From positions 2,496,001-2,560,000 of the forward strand of contig CBDETK010000013.1 of assembly GCA_965242865.1 (NCBI GenBank): DNA of 64,000 bases, written 5' to 3'. The notes below the pieces were generated by a model, which did no database searches, was not told the origin of the DNA, and saw only the letters and a list, made by a program, of their open reading frames with translations. Both the position numbers and the translations under genes were made by a program. This stretch comes from Candidatus Latescibacterota bacterium (GTDB lineage: Bacteria > Latescibacterota > UBA2968 > UBA8231). Of this stretch, positions 17,589 through 28,500 are shown piece after piece. How positions within the stretch are numbered: the stretch's first letter is position 1; the number at the start of each line of letters is the position of its first letter.

Positions 17589-20500
17589 AGCCGAGTCAAC
17601 TCAAATACGGCTCTGTGGAGCACATCCGCGTTCGGCGTGTCAGTTCTGATCCGCCATTGAGCAAGGGAGAAGAAACCGATCTCAGATGGAGCGAGGAGGC
17701 GCGGGCCTATCTGCTGCGTGGGGCCAAGGGGGTGGTCCACATCGAACCGGCGAGCCGCGCCGGCGAGGATACGCTGCACGAAATCTGCGTTCGCAATCTG
17801 ACCCGCGTGGTCTGGATCGCCGAGATACAGGACGAAGAAATTCTCATTCAAGCCCACACTTTTCAGCTTGGGCTACGGCTGGGAATACGAATCGGTGTTG
17901 ACGAACAGGCTGTCGAGAAGGCACAAAGGCTCAATCGGCGGAACAGGACGCCCAAGGATCTGGTGGCGTGGCTGGAGGATCAATGCCTGCTTCCGGCCGG
18001 ACCCAGTGGCGAGGGCCGTGCGTTTCTTTCGGCTGGCCGGGAAATGAGTCAAGAGACCCCGGAAGCGTTCGCGCTTCATGGTCACTCCGTCAGGGTACAT
18101 GTAAAGCGAGTGCCTTCGCCCACGGGTGAGGGGGAAGTGTTCCTCGTAGATCGGATAGTGCGCTCAGGGGGTGCGTCCCCTCGCCATCCCATCGCGCATG
18201 TCGAGGGGAATATCCAGTTCACCGAAGCGACGGTGGAGGCGTGGGCGCGTGGCGAGGGGTTAGGGGCACTCCAGCAACTCGTTGACGACGATAAGAGTTT
18301 TTTGAAGATCTGGAATGAGTACGGCGATCTCGAAGAAGACAGCATCCTCAACGCAGCACGCGCCATTGGCGGCATTGCCTACCGAGGGTGGGAGCGAGGT
18401 GGCGACGGAGAGGTAGAGTTTGATGTGGGAGGCGACTCTAAAGCCGCCGAGAAGTTGGCCCGGTTGGACCCCGGCGAATCAATGGATGTTGCGAAAGATG
18501 TGCCTGCAATCCTATTGGATGAGAATCTCACTTGGGCTGAGTTCGGGAAGTCGAAACGCGAGCAGCGTCCCTTCCAAGGCGAAATCGTCGAGAGACCCCA
18601 TAGACAAAGAAAAACGGTCGTGTTGCGCCCCACGTCAGATGACGAAGACCCACCTCAAGAGGGATTCTTGTTTCCTGCCATACAGGGAGATACCCGTCGC
18701 TTAGAGCGGCGGCGAGACGCAGAGGAGGAAATTCGTACTTTGCAATGCCGTCTCCCCATTTCTCACTTGCTCGTCGGCGCACGAGTTCCCGTGCCGCGCC
18801 GCAGGGAACTACCCGCCCTGACCGCGAAGGTGCGCGAGAAGCTCTTTGGCGACCATCCGCCAACGCCCCAGCAAGAGGAAGCCATTCGGGTGGCTCTCAA
18901 TACCCCGGATATAGCTGTTATTCAAGGGCCGCCCGGAACCGGGAAGACCAAGGTCATCGAGGCCATTGTCGAACGGCTCAACGAAGAGTTGGACACCTCG
19001 GGAGCAGGTGCCGGTCAGATATTGGTAACGGGGTTCCAGCACGACGCCGTGGAAAACGCCCTCGCTCGCATTGATGTCCACCGCTTGCCGGCGATCAAGT
19101 TCGGCCGCCGGTCGGGGCGAGACGAGTTCGGAGAGAGCGAAAATCGGATCGACCAATGGGTTCAGGAACGCGCAGGGCATATTCGGGAAAAGATGCCAGA
19201 AGTAGAACGAAATAGTCTCCATCGCTGGCTGGCGTCCCAACGCGAAAGCTACGTACTCGCACCCGGCTTGCCCTCGGCCACCGTGCGCCTTCTTCGGCAG
19301 GTCGTTGAGCAGACCTGTGGGGAAGTCTCGTCGCATCTATTGGACCGCATCAGCGATTTGGCCGATGAAATCGAGAGGAATGAAGCATCTCGCGGCGAAG
19401 CGAACCCAGAAAGAAAGGCTCTCGAACGGGCGGTCCGGGCAATGCGCGTCGAGCCGGTCGGCTTTGCCGATGATGGCCCGCTCAATGCCCGCCGGTTGTT
19501 CGCACGGCTTGGGCGTCAACGCATCATCAAGGTAGAATCGAAAGTCCTCGCCATGATTGAACGAGCGGCCGATTGGCTACAGCCCGATCCACCGGATTTC
19601 CTCGGCGATCTCGCACAAGAGAGAAGCCGCCTTCTCCTCTCGCTCGTACCGGACCGGGCCGCGCCCGTGTCGGCGGTGACGACGCGCAAAGATGTGGTAG
19701 AATTGCTCGCGGCGGCTTGTGCGGAGCTCGAGGAGCGGTATCGCATGTCCCGCGATGCCCCCGACGCTGCGGTCGCCGACTACCTCTACCAGTTAGAGAA
19801 CAATCCACATTCGGTACGCCGAGCCGTGATCGAATACGTTCCTGTTTTTGGGGCAACGTGCCAGCAGGCGGCCAGCAAGGTCATCGCCGACATCAAGGCG
19901 AATCTAGAATACGACACCGTACTCATCGACGAGGCTGCCCGATCCAACCCTCTCGACCTGTTTATTCCCATGGTGCAAGCGCGGCGGCGGGTGATTCTCG
20001 TCGGCGACCATCGACAACTGCCGCACATCATCGATCACCAGCTAGAAAAGGAAATTGAGCAGGCTGTGGCACGCGATAAATCGGTCGCGGAGGAGACAAA
20101 GGAGTTCATCAAACAAAGCCTCTTTGAATACTTATTTAAGAAACTGGGACCGGAATCGGCCACCGACCCGCGCCGCGTCGTTACGCTCAACAAACAGTTC
20201 CGAATGCACCCCGTACTGGGGGATTTTGTGAGCAAGGAGTTTTACGAGGTCCACGATGAACCTTCTATTGAAGCGGGATTACCGGCGGCGACCTTTGCCC
20301 ACGTACTTCCTAAATACGAGGATCGGGTTGCGGCTTGGTTCGATGTGCCGCCCAAACTCGGGCGAGAACAGCAGGGACAGAGCAAGTCGCGGCCATCTGA
20401 GGCCGAAGCCCTAGCCCGCGAACTCAAGCGGCTGCTCGACGCTCCTGCTGCCAAGGGCCTCACCTTTGGCTGTATCACGTTCTACTCCGCTCAAGTCGAG

Positions 20501-20881
20501 TTCATTAAAAACGAGCTAAAGAAACACGGAGTCGTTGATGGCAACGGCGAAGTCGCGTCTGATTACCGCGATGGACAGGTCGTGGAGCGGCTCCGGATCG
20601 GAACGGTAGATGCCTTTCAGGGCAAAGAGTTTGATGTGGTGCTGCTGTCGGTCGTGCGATCAAACACACACCGCGACCACGACGAACGCGCCCGGCGCAA
20701 GCGATACGGCCACCTAATGTCGCCAAATCGACTGTGCGTGAGCATGAGCCGCCAGAAACGCCTGCTGATCGTCTTTGGTGATCCAACATTGCTCAAAGCA
20801 CCCAACGCGGGAGAAGCGATCGGCCCATTGGTGCGCTTCCGACAGGAGCTTTGTGGAGGTGAACATGGCCGCATCGTTTGA
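17585..20881 (+). CDS. UPF1/DNA2-like superfamily 1 helicase (CnuH-like)
   Basis: QGPPGTGKT, IDEAAR, VGDHRQLP, QFRMHP, TVDAFQGKE, NRLCVSMSRQK; start ATG 17585 (ATGA overlap with kinase stop). Confidence 0.88.
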   Translation: MKPSQLKYGSVEHIRVRRVSSDPPLSKGEETDLRWSEEARAYLLRGAKGVVHIEPASRAGEDTLHEICVRNLTRVVWIAEIQDEEILIQAHTFQLGLRLGIRIGVDEQAVEKAQRLNRRNRTPKDLVAWLEDQCLLPAGPSGEGRAFLSAGREMSQETPEAFALHGHSVRVHVKRVPSPTGEGEVFLVDRIVRSGGASPRHPIAHVEGNIQFTEATVEAWARGEGLGALQQLVDDDKSFLKIWNEYGDLEEDSILNAARAIGGIAYRGWERGGDGEVEFDVGGDSKAAEKLARLDPGESMDVAKDVPAILLDENLTWAEFGKSKREQRPFQGEIVERPHRQRKTVVLRPTSDDEDPPQEGFLFPAIQGDTRRLERRRDAEEEIRTLQCRLPISHLLVGARVPVPRRRELPALTAKVREKLFGDHPPTPQQEEAIRVALNTPDIAVIQGPPGTGKTKVIEAIVERLNEELDTSGAGAGQILVTGFQHDAVENALARIDVHRLPAIKFGRRSGRDEFGESENRIDQWVQERAGHIREKMPEVERNSLHRWLASQRESYVLAPGLPSATVRLLRQVVEQTCGEVSSHLLDRISDLADEIERNEASRGEANPERKALERAVRAMRVEPVGFADDGPLNARRLFARLGRQRIIKVESKVLAMIERAADWLQPDPPDFLGDLAQERSRLLLSLVPDRAAPVSAVTTRKDVVELLAAACAELEERYRMSRDAPDAAVADYLYQLENNPHSVRRAVIEYVPVFGATCQQAASKVIADIKANLEYDTVLIDEAARSNPLDLFIPMVQARRRVILVGDHRQLPHIIDHQLEKEIEQAVARDKSVAEETKEFIKQSLFEYLFKKLGPESATDPRRVVTLNKQFRMHPVLGDFVSKEFYEVHDEPSIEAGLPAATFAHVLPKYEDRVAAWFDVPPKLGREQQGQSKSRPSEAEALARELKRLLDAPAAKGLTFGCITFYSAQVEFIKNELKKHGVVDGNGEVASDYRDGQVVERLRIGTVDAFQGKEFDVVLLSVVRSNTHRDHDERARRKRYGHLMSPNRLCVSMSRQKRLLIVFGDPTLLKAPNAGEAIGPLVRFRQELCGGEHGRIV

Positions 20882-23129
20882 TAAAACCTGCGCCATTGTG
20901 GATCTGGCTCCCACGGCCAAGCCGCTGTCTTATGCAAGCGGCCGTCAGTGGCTCTTGTGGCCAATGTGGGCGTACCGCGTCATTGTGCCGCAGCCGAAAC
21001 CCGAGCGGCTCAACCTGTTTCAGCGAGCGGTGCTGTCCCTGTGTCGGGCCGGTATTTTCCACGCTGGCGAGATCGCTCAGAGGCTCTACTTCGACAAGGA
21101 ACTCGCCGCATACATCCTCGACCAACTTGAGGGTATGGGTCTTTTGGACCGGCGCAAACAACTCACTGAACGCGCTTATCAACTTCTCGCTGAAGAACCG
21201 GACGACCAAGTCGAGACGACAGTGGGCTATGTCTTTGCCGATCCTTTTATAAAGGAACTTTGGCCGCGCTTTCGCCGAGGCGTACTTCCGTATGCAGAAG
21301 GCGAAATCCGTGGTCGTTTCGCTACCATTGAACAGGGAACTGTAGGGAACCCACGTCGCGTAGAGATGAAGGTCGTCTGGCCTCCGGGAGACGCATGTCC
21401 GCCGCCGCCGAGTCGCCGCGACATACTTCGAGCCTGTTCAATGGGCATTCGCGCCGAGGTAGCGTACAAACGATCCATGGAAGAGGACAGTAGCACTTTA
21501 GATGGATTAAACGTCGATACGCTCAAACGCCACCTAAACCATGTTGTCCTCGTTGACAAGACACCCGAACCCATGTTCCTGACGACGTTTGTCTTTGTAC
21601 CCAAAGATGTGCGCCGCGCCTCACTCTGGCAGGTCTGCGATCCATTCGGGTTGGGGACGAGTCACCTTTTGAGAAAGCGAATCGAGGAACTCCCATCGGC
21701 GGCGTCCCAAGCGAGAGGCACTCTCAGAGATGCTATCGAGAGAGCGACGGGAGTGGGGTTTGCAGTGGAAGATGTGGATGTCCTCGATCTTGTCAGAGCC
21801 CAAAATAAAAAGGCGGCAGAGGTGGTAGATGATAAAGCAGACTTCGACAAAACCATTTGTCCCGAAGTCTATGAGCGGCTCGTCCAGATGGAGAACAAAT
21901 ACCTTGAAGCGGGGAATGGGGACGTATCCGGGAAGACTTGGGACGAGCAACAGAGAAGGCTCAAAGCAATGGTTCGCCGAGCGTATATAGTGCTTGAAGA
22001 ATGCCTCGCGTACGCGGTGAAAACTTTCCCGGCTTCCGATGTCTGGCATCCTCTTGGAGGGACATTAGAGGACAACGGGGTTTTACTCGCCGAAATTGCC
22101 TATAAAATCGGCTTTGAAGATGATCCCGATGACCCATGTTTCAAACGATTTCTCCGCGTAGGAAGCGGGCCAGTGAAAGGCGTCATTTATCACGAGCAGC
22201 GCGAATTGGTCGCCCTGCTCGCCGCGGCCCTCCTTGCAGCTAATGACCGCTCCGAGCATCCCCTTCGGCGGTGTGCCGCGGAGTTTCCCGAGATGATTGT
22301 GTTCCTCAATGGACTAAAGCGAATGAGAGACCAATTTTCACACCATATCCAAACCCAAGACGGTTTGGACCGAGAAGAGGCTCTCGGTTTTTGCAAAGAC
22401 ACCTATCGCGTCGCCCAGCTTCTGTTGCCAACAACGGAAGGCGGGACGACGGGATCGCGGTCTCAGTTCTCGTCGGCGGAATGGAACGCCGATATCGTCT
22501 ATCGCCTGCGGGCACAGGCCGCTTATAACGTAGAGTCCGATGCTCTGTTCGGGATTCGCGTCCAAGAGGTGCCTGCTCTGCGCGATGAGTTGGTGGAAGT
22601 GGAGTTGCTCGCGCTCGAACTGGAGAAACTCCGCAATGCAGGGGCCACTCCAGAGGAGATGGACGGACGCGCTAAGGACCTGCGGGTCGCCGCCGGCAAT
22701 GCGGTTGAGGCGGCAATCAAACCACTGCTCACGCAAGCCGATGTCAGCGAATTTATCACCTCGGACCGGAACGCCAATGCCGAGCGGTATAGCGAGGCGG
22801 CGGAAGGCTTGGGGTTTGCGTCTATGTCGGATGGCCAGTACCACGAGGATCTCTTGATGGTGCGTCCCGACCGCGCCCGCTTAGCTGCTGAGACACAGTG
22901 TGGTGCATTGAACGCCTTGCTGATGGTCGCCCTTTTGCAGGCCGAACAAGACACCGACCATCCGCTGCGGGAAGTCAAAAAGAAGAATCCGCGATTCCTC
23001 TTGGACGCTGGGGAGGTTTCCCAAGCACGGGGACATGGGGATGGACGTAGCAATGAAGCGATAGGCCCGGAAGTTTTGAAAAAACACGTAATCGCCGTCG
23101 GGAAAGCCGTTCTCGACGTTTTAACCTGA
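20865..23129 (+). CDS. wHTH + tandem HEPN-like domain protein (CnuE-like)
   Basis: N-terminal wHTH-like segment; duplicated helical module 'LL.A.LL.A.....HPLR', the first ending in RDQFSH (Rx4H) and the second in RGHG; GGAGGT RBS. Confidence 0.6.
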   Translation: MAASFDKTCAIVDLAPTAKPLSYASGRQWLLWPMWAYRVIVPQPKPERLNLFQRAVLSLCRAGIFHAGEIAQRLYFDKELAAYILDQLEGMGLLDRRKQLTERAYQLLAEEPDDQVETTVGYVFADPFIKELWPRFRRGVLPYAEGEIRGRFATIEQGTVGNPRRVEMKVVWPPGDACPPPPSRRDILRACSMGIRAEVAYKRSMEEDSSTLDGLNVDTLKRHLNHVVLVDKTPEPMFLTTFVFVPKDVRRASLWQVCDPFGLGTSHLLRKRIEELPSAASQARGTLRDAIERATGVGFAVEDVDVLDLVRAQNKKAAEVVDDKADFDKTICPEVYERLVQMENKYLEAGNGDVSGKTWDEQQRRLKAMVRRAYIVLEECLAYAVKTFPASDVWHPLGGTLEDNGVLLAEIAYKIGFEDDPDDPCFKRFLRVGSGPVKGVIYHEQRELVALLAAALLAANDRSEHPLRRCAAEFPEMIVFLNGLKRMRDQFSHHIQTQDGLDREEALGFCKDTYRVAQLLLPTTEGGTTGSRSQFSSAEWNADIVYRLRAQAAYNVESDALFGIRVQEVPALRDELVEVELLALELEKLRNAGATPEEMDGRAKDLRVAAGNAVEAAIKPLLTQADVSEFITSDRNANAERYSEAAEGLGFASMSDGQYHEDLLMVRPDRARLAAETQCGALNALLMVALLQAEQDTDHPLREVKKKNPRFLLDAGEVSQARGHGDGRSNEAIGPEVLKKHVIAVGKAVLDVLT

Positions 23130-23148
23130 ACCAATAGGGAGTTGTCAC

Positions 23149-25509
23149 ATGAGTAAGAGACAGAAGGACAAGCCATCGCAACCGACCCAAGAATCGCCTG
23201 CTGAGTTGCAACGCTGCCAGCAAGAACTCAAGACCGCCCAACAAGAGCTCCAGAAATTCCAAGATCGGGAGGGTGAGTTCCAAAAGCGGGCGGAGGACTT
23301 GGATCGCCGTGAGGCTGCGGTGAAGAAGGACAAACAAGACCTGAAAAAGCTCGGAGGCGAAGTTTCCAAAAGGCAGTCCGCAATGACTGCTCGCGAGGGC
23401 GAGGTTGCGGAGAGGGAGCGCGTCGTCAGCAAGCGAGAGATGGAGGCCGATGCCGGGTTTGAATGCCGAAACCGCAAATCCCTGAAAAAGCTCGGAGACG
23501 AATACGCGGCTCTGCACGGGCAGTTGGAAGAAATGCGGACCACCGCTTTCGAGAAGTTGAATGCGGAACACGAGAAGCGGAAAGCGGCGCAGGATGAGGC
23601 ATTGGACCGAATCCGAGACCAAGCTCAAGCTCGCTTGGACGCCGAGATCGCTGAGAGGCGGAAGCGCTTTGACGAGGAGATCGCCCAACAGCGGGACGAC
23701 ATTGAGCAGCAAAGGGCGTCGGTTGAACAAATCGAAAAGCAACAGGCCGAGCGAGAAAACCAATTCATCCTTCGGGAGCGCAAGGTCAATTGCGACGAAG
23801 CGATCCTCCGCGAAGACCGGGAGAATCTGAAGGCTACCATTGAGAGCCGCGTTGACGAGCGCGTAGCCGATTTCAGACGTCAACTAGAGCAAAAGGACGG
23901 ACGCATTGAACGCCTCTCGGAGGAGCGAGGCCGCTTTGAACAGAAGGTCAATGCGTCCGAAGACTGGCGGCGGCGGTTCGGCCACAAGGAACCGGAAGAA
24001 TGGCTCGACGATTTCAACAAATTGGAGCAAGACCGCGACCGGCTCCGCGACGAACGCGACGAGCGTCCCTCGCTCGAAGATGGCGAGCGGCTGATGGGTC
24101 TTGAGGAAGAGCGACGCCAATGGGCACAGAAACGCACGGAGATGGCCAGTGAGTTGGCTGAATTGCGCGCCCGTGAGAGCGACTGGCTGGTAGCCGTGGA
24201 CGAACGCGAGCGGCTGAAAGATCAGAAAGAGGTGGCCGAACAAAGGCGAGAAACCTTGCAAGCAGAGATGGAGAAACTGCGCGAGGAAGTGAGCAGGCTA
24301 CGCAGTTTGTACGAGCAACCCAAGGAACGGGAAGCGCGGGTAGGCGTTATCGAGCAGCCTCGGTTTGAAAAGAAAGACCTGCCCCAAGATGTCGTTGACG
24401 GTATTGCCGAAAAGGATTGGCTCGAGGGCATCCACGAATGCTGCGAAGAATCTGGACTCGTCTTTCCGCGCCGATTGTTGTATGCGTTTCACACGTCCCT
24501 CAAGACAGCGGACTGGACTCCGCTGACCGTGTTGGGCGGTGTCAGCGGCACGGGGAAATCCGAATTGCCGAGGCTCTACGCACGGTTTGGCGGCCTTGCC
24601 TTTGAGCCGTTGTCCGTGCAGCCGAACTGGGATAGCCCGCAGTCGATGTTTGGCTTCTTCAATTCGGTAGATAATCGCTTTAATGCCACTCCGCTCTTGC
24701 GAGCACTGGTGCAGAGTCAGCGGGACCCGGGGATCTATGAGGATGGCATGGAGGACCGGCTCCTGCTCGTGCTCCTCGACGAGATGAATCTGTCCCATGT
24801 CGAACTCTACTTCAGCGATCTCCTGAGCAAGCTCGAACTCAGGCGCGGCGAGACAAACGGGGTGAACATTGAAGTCGATCTGGGGGCCGGCTTGGAAGAG
24901 TACCAAGTTCCCCTCGGGCGCAATGTTTTGTGGGTCGGCACCATGAACGAGGACGAAACTACCAAGACTCTTTCCGACAAGGTGCTCGACCGTGCAAACC
25001 AGATCGGTTTCCCGCGACCGCAAGAGCTTAAGCGGCGTCGGGAAGCCAAGCTCGCTGATCCCGGCCCCATGTTGGAATGGAAGCAGTGGAACAAGTGGCT
25101 TTGCAAGAAGAGCGATCTGTCGGAAGAAGAGGTCGGGAAATACAAAACGGCTGTTGAGGAGATCAGCCGATCCTTGGAGGAAGCGGGTCGTGCTCTCGGG
25201 CACCGAGTCTGGCAGGCCATTGAAAGTTATATGGCGAACTATCCCGGCGTCCGGGAATCCCAGACAGAGGACGAGCGGACCCAAGCACTGCGGGACGCCT
25301 TTGAAGACGCGCTCGTTCACAAAGTGATGCCCAAACTGCGAGGTATTGAGACGTCGGGCGCAGCGCGAAGTAAGTGCCTCGATCCGATTGGAGAGTTGCT
25401 TTCGGGCAGCGAGCTCGGCCTTCAGTTGGCCGAGGATTTTGAGTTGGCCAGTTCGGTCGGCTACGCATTCGTGTGGCGCAGCGCGAAATACTTGGAGGCC
25501 GATCAGTGA
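23149..25509 (+). CDS. Coiled-coil McrB-like AAA+ GTPase (CnuB-like)
   Basis: About 400 aa of E/K/R/Q-rich coiled coil, then GVSGTGKS, VQPNW, LLDEMNL, GTMNEDE, SDKVLDRA. Confidence 0.85.
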   Translation: MSKRQKDKPSQPTQESPAELQRCQQELKTAQQELQKFQDREGEFQKRAEDLDRREAAVKKDKQDLKKLGGEVSKRQSAMTAREGEVAERERVVSKREMEADAGFECRNRKSLKKLGDEYAALHGQLEEMRTTAFEKLNAEHEKRKAAQDEALDRIRDQAQARLDAEIAERRKRFDEEIAQQRDDIEQQRASVEQIEKQQAERENQFILRERKVNCDEAILREDRENLKATIESRVDERVADFRRQLEQKDGRIERLSEERGRFEQKVNASEDWRRRFGHKEPEEWLDDFNKLEQDRDRLRDERDERPSLEDGERLMGLEEERRQWAQKRTEMASELAELRARESDWLVAVDERERLKDQKEVAEQRRETLQAEMEKLREEVSRLRSLYEQPKEREARVGVIEQPRFEKKDLPQDVVDGIAEKDWLEGIHECCEESGLVFPRRLLYAFHTSLKTADWTPLTVLGGVSGTGKSELPRLYARFGGLAFEPLSVQPNWDSPQSMFGFFNSVDNRFNATPLLRALVQSQRDPGIYEDGMEDRLLLVLLDEMNLSHVELYFSDLLSKLELRRGETNGVNIEVDLGAGLEEYQVPLGRNVLWVGTMNEDETTKTLSDKVLDRANQIGFPRPQELKRRREAKLADPGPMLEWKQWNKWLCKKSDLSEEEVGKYKTAVEEISRSLEEAGRALGHRVWQAIESYMANYPGVRESQTEDERTQALRDAFEDALVHKVMPKLRGIETSGAARSKCLDPIGELLSGSELGLQLAEDFELASSVGYAFVWRSAKYLEADQ

Positions 25510-28500
25510 GCGCGAAACGCAAAAAGAAGCGGGCCAAATCCAAAGCGGCGAAGTCCAGGGACGGCCGACAGCACAAAGAGCAACCGACCATACCTGAAAA
25601 GCACGACCCGCACGAAACGGTTGCTAAGGCCCCTGCCATGGAAATACCGCCCCTCGTTCCGCCATTTGACCAACTTGATCAGATAGCGGCGCGAGAAACG
25701 CCAGAAGTTGCCGGGGCTTGGTGGATCGCGCTTCAGGCCGCTCATCACGTGGTCGAGTGTGCGGCAAAGCGAGACCCTCACACCGGCGCGAGCCTTCCAC
25801 ATTCCCTCTACGAAGTACTGAAGGCGGTGGCCGATGCGACCAAGACCGGAACGCGCCCCATGCCCAACGGTGGCCTCCACCGCGCCTCGGTGCTGGCGTT
25901 TGAGCCATTGCGGGCGATTTTGCACCAGCCGAGAACGCGGCTCCTGCGGGAACACGCACAGCGACCGATTCACTCCATTCGAGAGATGGACACCCATTGT
26001 ATGGCTTGGCTGGCTCGGTTGCCGGGCCGAACCATACGCGAGAAACTGGCCGGGAAGCAACACGTGCTGTCAGTCGTCCGCCGCTTCACGCCAGACACGC
26101 CGGAAAACCGAGTTGCCAAGCGCGTCGCCGATCTCTTGATGAGGCAGCTCGATGGACGCTTCGCCCACGCGGCGGCCTACGATGAGGACGGCCCTTGCGA
26201 TGCCCAGCAGCGCGAGACTCTCGACTTCTGCCGCCGCTTTCTCCGCGACGAAAACTTTGCCCCGATTCCCCTCAGCGACATGCCCCGGCCAAACAACGCC
26301 TTGCTCAATGACCGCCATTACGCTCGCGTCTGGCGTGCATGGATGCTGTTGCACGAGGAAGAGGAGGCGTTGAGAGCTGCTTGGCCTTATGCAGAAGAAT
26401 GCTTTAGGACCGCGGCCTTTTGGGCTGTTGCCGGTGAGATTGTCGCTAGATACGGTGCCCGCGTAGCCGAAGCATTGGCCGTGCCCGATGTAGAGATGGC
26501 CGACGGCCATAAGTGCGGTATTTGGAAGGACGAAGCAACCCCTATCACTGAAATAGACCTGCTCGTAACGGGCGATGACGACTCGCAAGCTGACCTAGAG
26601 GCCGCAGTGATCAGCGTTCGGCAAGTACGCGAGGGGGTTAGAATTGTGGAGAAGCGGCTGAGAACTCAGAAAAGTTCAAGAGGTCCCGCAGAAGGCTGCG
26701 TGAAATTGATCAACGACGATAAAAACTTCGGCTTCGTTCGCAGCGAAAGTGGAGAGGAGTACTACTTCGACCCTAAAACAGTCGGCGACAAAGGCACCTT
26801 CTCCGATCTTAGTACAGGCGATAGGGTTACGTTCACGCCAAGAAGACAAGGTACGGGTAAGAGCGTATCGGCTTGTAATGTGCGGCGGTATGAGACAGGC
26901 TTGCGCGTAGCTCACACTATCGAGAAGGGGGCAAAGACTTGGCGCGTTGCGTTTCACGATGATCCCAATCCGTCAGACTTTCAATGTCGTCGCGGTTTCC
27001 CCATTCACGCCACCCCAGACAATGGACAGCGAGCGGCCACCAAACGCTTCGCTTCGTTTTCCAGCCTTAAACATATCCTCGACTGGCGAGGATACGCCGA
27101 CATTGAGGGGTTGCGAGGTTTCGCCAAAGCTGCAACTCCTCCCCTCAACCTCAAATCGCCCCCGGCGTCAGACACGGAGAGGCCATCTTCGGCAATCGGC
27201 ATTGATCCGTTCGGCAGATGTGTGTTTGTAGGAACTAAAGAGGAAGCGTGGGCAACGGCGACCTTGCCTTATGCACTACGCCACGAATCGCAGTGGCAGG
27301 TCGGAACATCCCGTCGCCTTCCGAGTGTTGGCGAGGTATGGCCCTTGGATGTCGATTTAAGTACTCGCAATGCGGCTGACGAATCTACCGCTACTGCGAG
27401 TTGTCACCAAATTGTTAGAGCTCTTGCCCAAGAGGTGCGTGGACGGGAAGTATCCTTTGTCGTCCCCGATGGGCCGGACGAGTTTTCGCAGCAGACTTTA
27501 CGGGCGGCGATGTTGGGCGCGTTTCCGCGGAATAGGCCAATCGCCCGCAGTGTTGCCGCCGCCCTATCTTGGCAGCATCAAGGCAAGGTCAGGGATGGAG
27601 ACAAGGTACTCGTACTTTGTGCCGAGGCCGATGCTCTCTCGTTCAGCCTACTCGTGGCAAGACGAGATCGGCGTTTGGAGGAGAAACGCCCCGAAAGCAA
27701 GGGCATCTTTTGGGAGCGTCGGCCTGCCTTGCCCGCAGACGAGTACGGAAAAGGTTTCGGCTTGCGCGATATTTGGCGCGACTATGCTCGTCGTTTGTTC
27801 AACCTAAAGGATCGGGATGAGAGCGACCGAGAAAAGATCATCTCGTACCTCGTGGATAGCGGCCTTCTGCAAGAGGCCGTTGAAAGCGGCTCCCCGCGCT
27901 GGGTCCGCGACCGAGATCAGTGGCTCGTCCTCGAACACTCGCCACAGCTTTGGGCCGACGTCTTGAAGCGTTGGCGAAAGCGATTCAACTCGGCACTGAA
28001 ATCTGGTCTAAGAGAGCTCATTTCAAAGGCCGTGGGAAGGCGATGCCACCTCTTGCTCGTTGGTCCTCCCTTCAACGAAAAGGCCGTATTTGACCACATC
28101 AAGAACGCTCTCTCGCAACAAGTAGGCCGCGGCAAACCCATCTCTCTCAAACAGGTTGCCTACATTGCGTCCGAGAAGGGTGCTCTTGCTAGCGGTGCAG
28201 CCGAGTTCACGGAGCGATCTTGTGCGGGGCTACCGGCGTGGAAGGATTGGCTGCCCGATCTTTTTTTGGAGATTATCCGAGACGGGCTTTACGACGAAGT
28301 GGAGATCATGCGAGACAAGGCGGTAGATGCCACACTTGGTGCGCTTCATCGAGAAAAGGTCGCTGAGGAATTGGTCCTACCGGCCGGGCAGACTCACTAC
28401 ACTTTACCGCTCGTTGCCGGTCGCGCAAATCGCCGCCCCGTACCGGCTGACTTGTGTCTCGATTCCAACCATTTCCCGTTGCAACAGGATGTTCGAGTTC

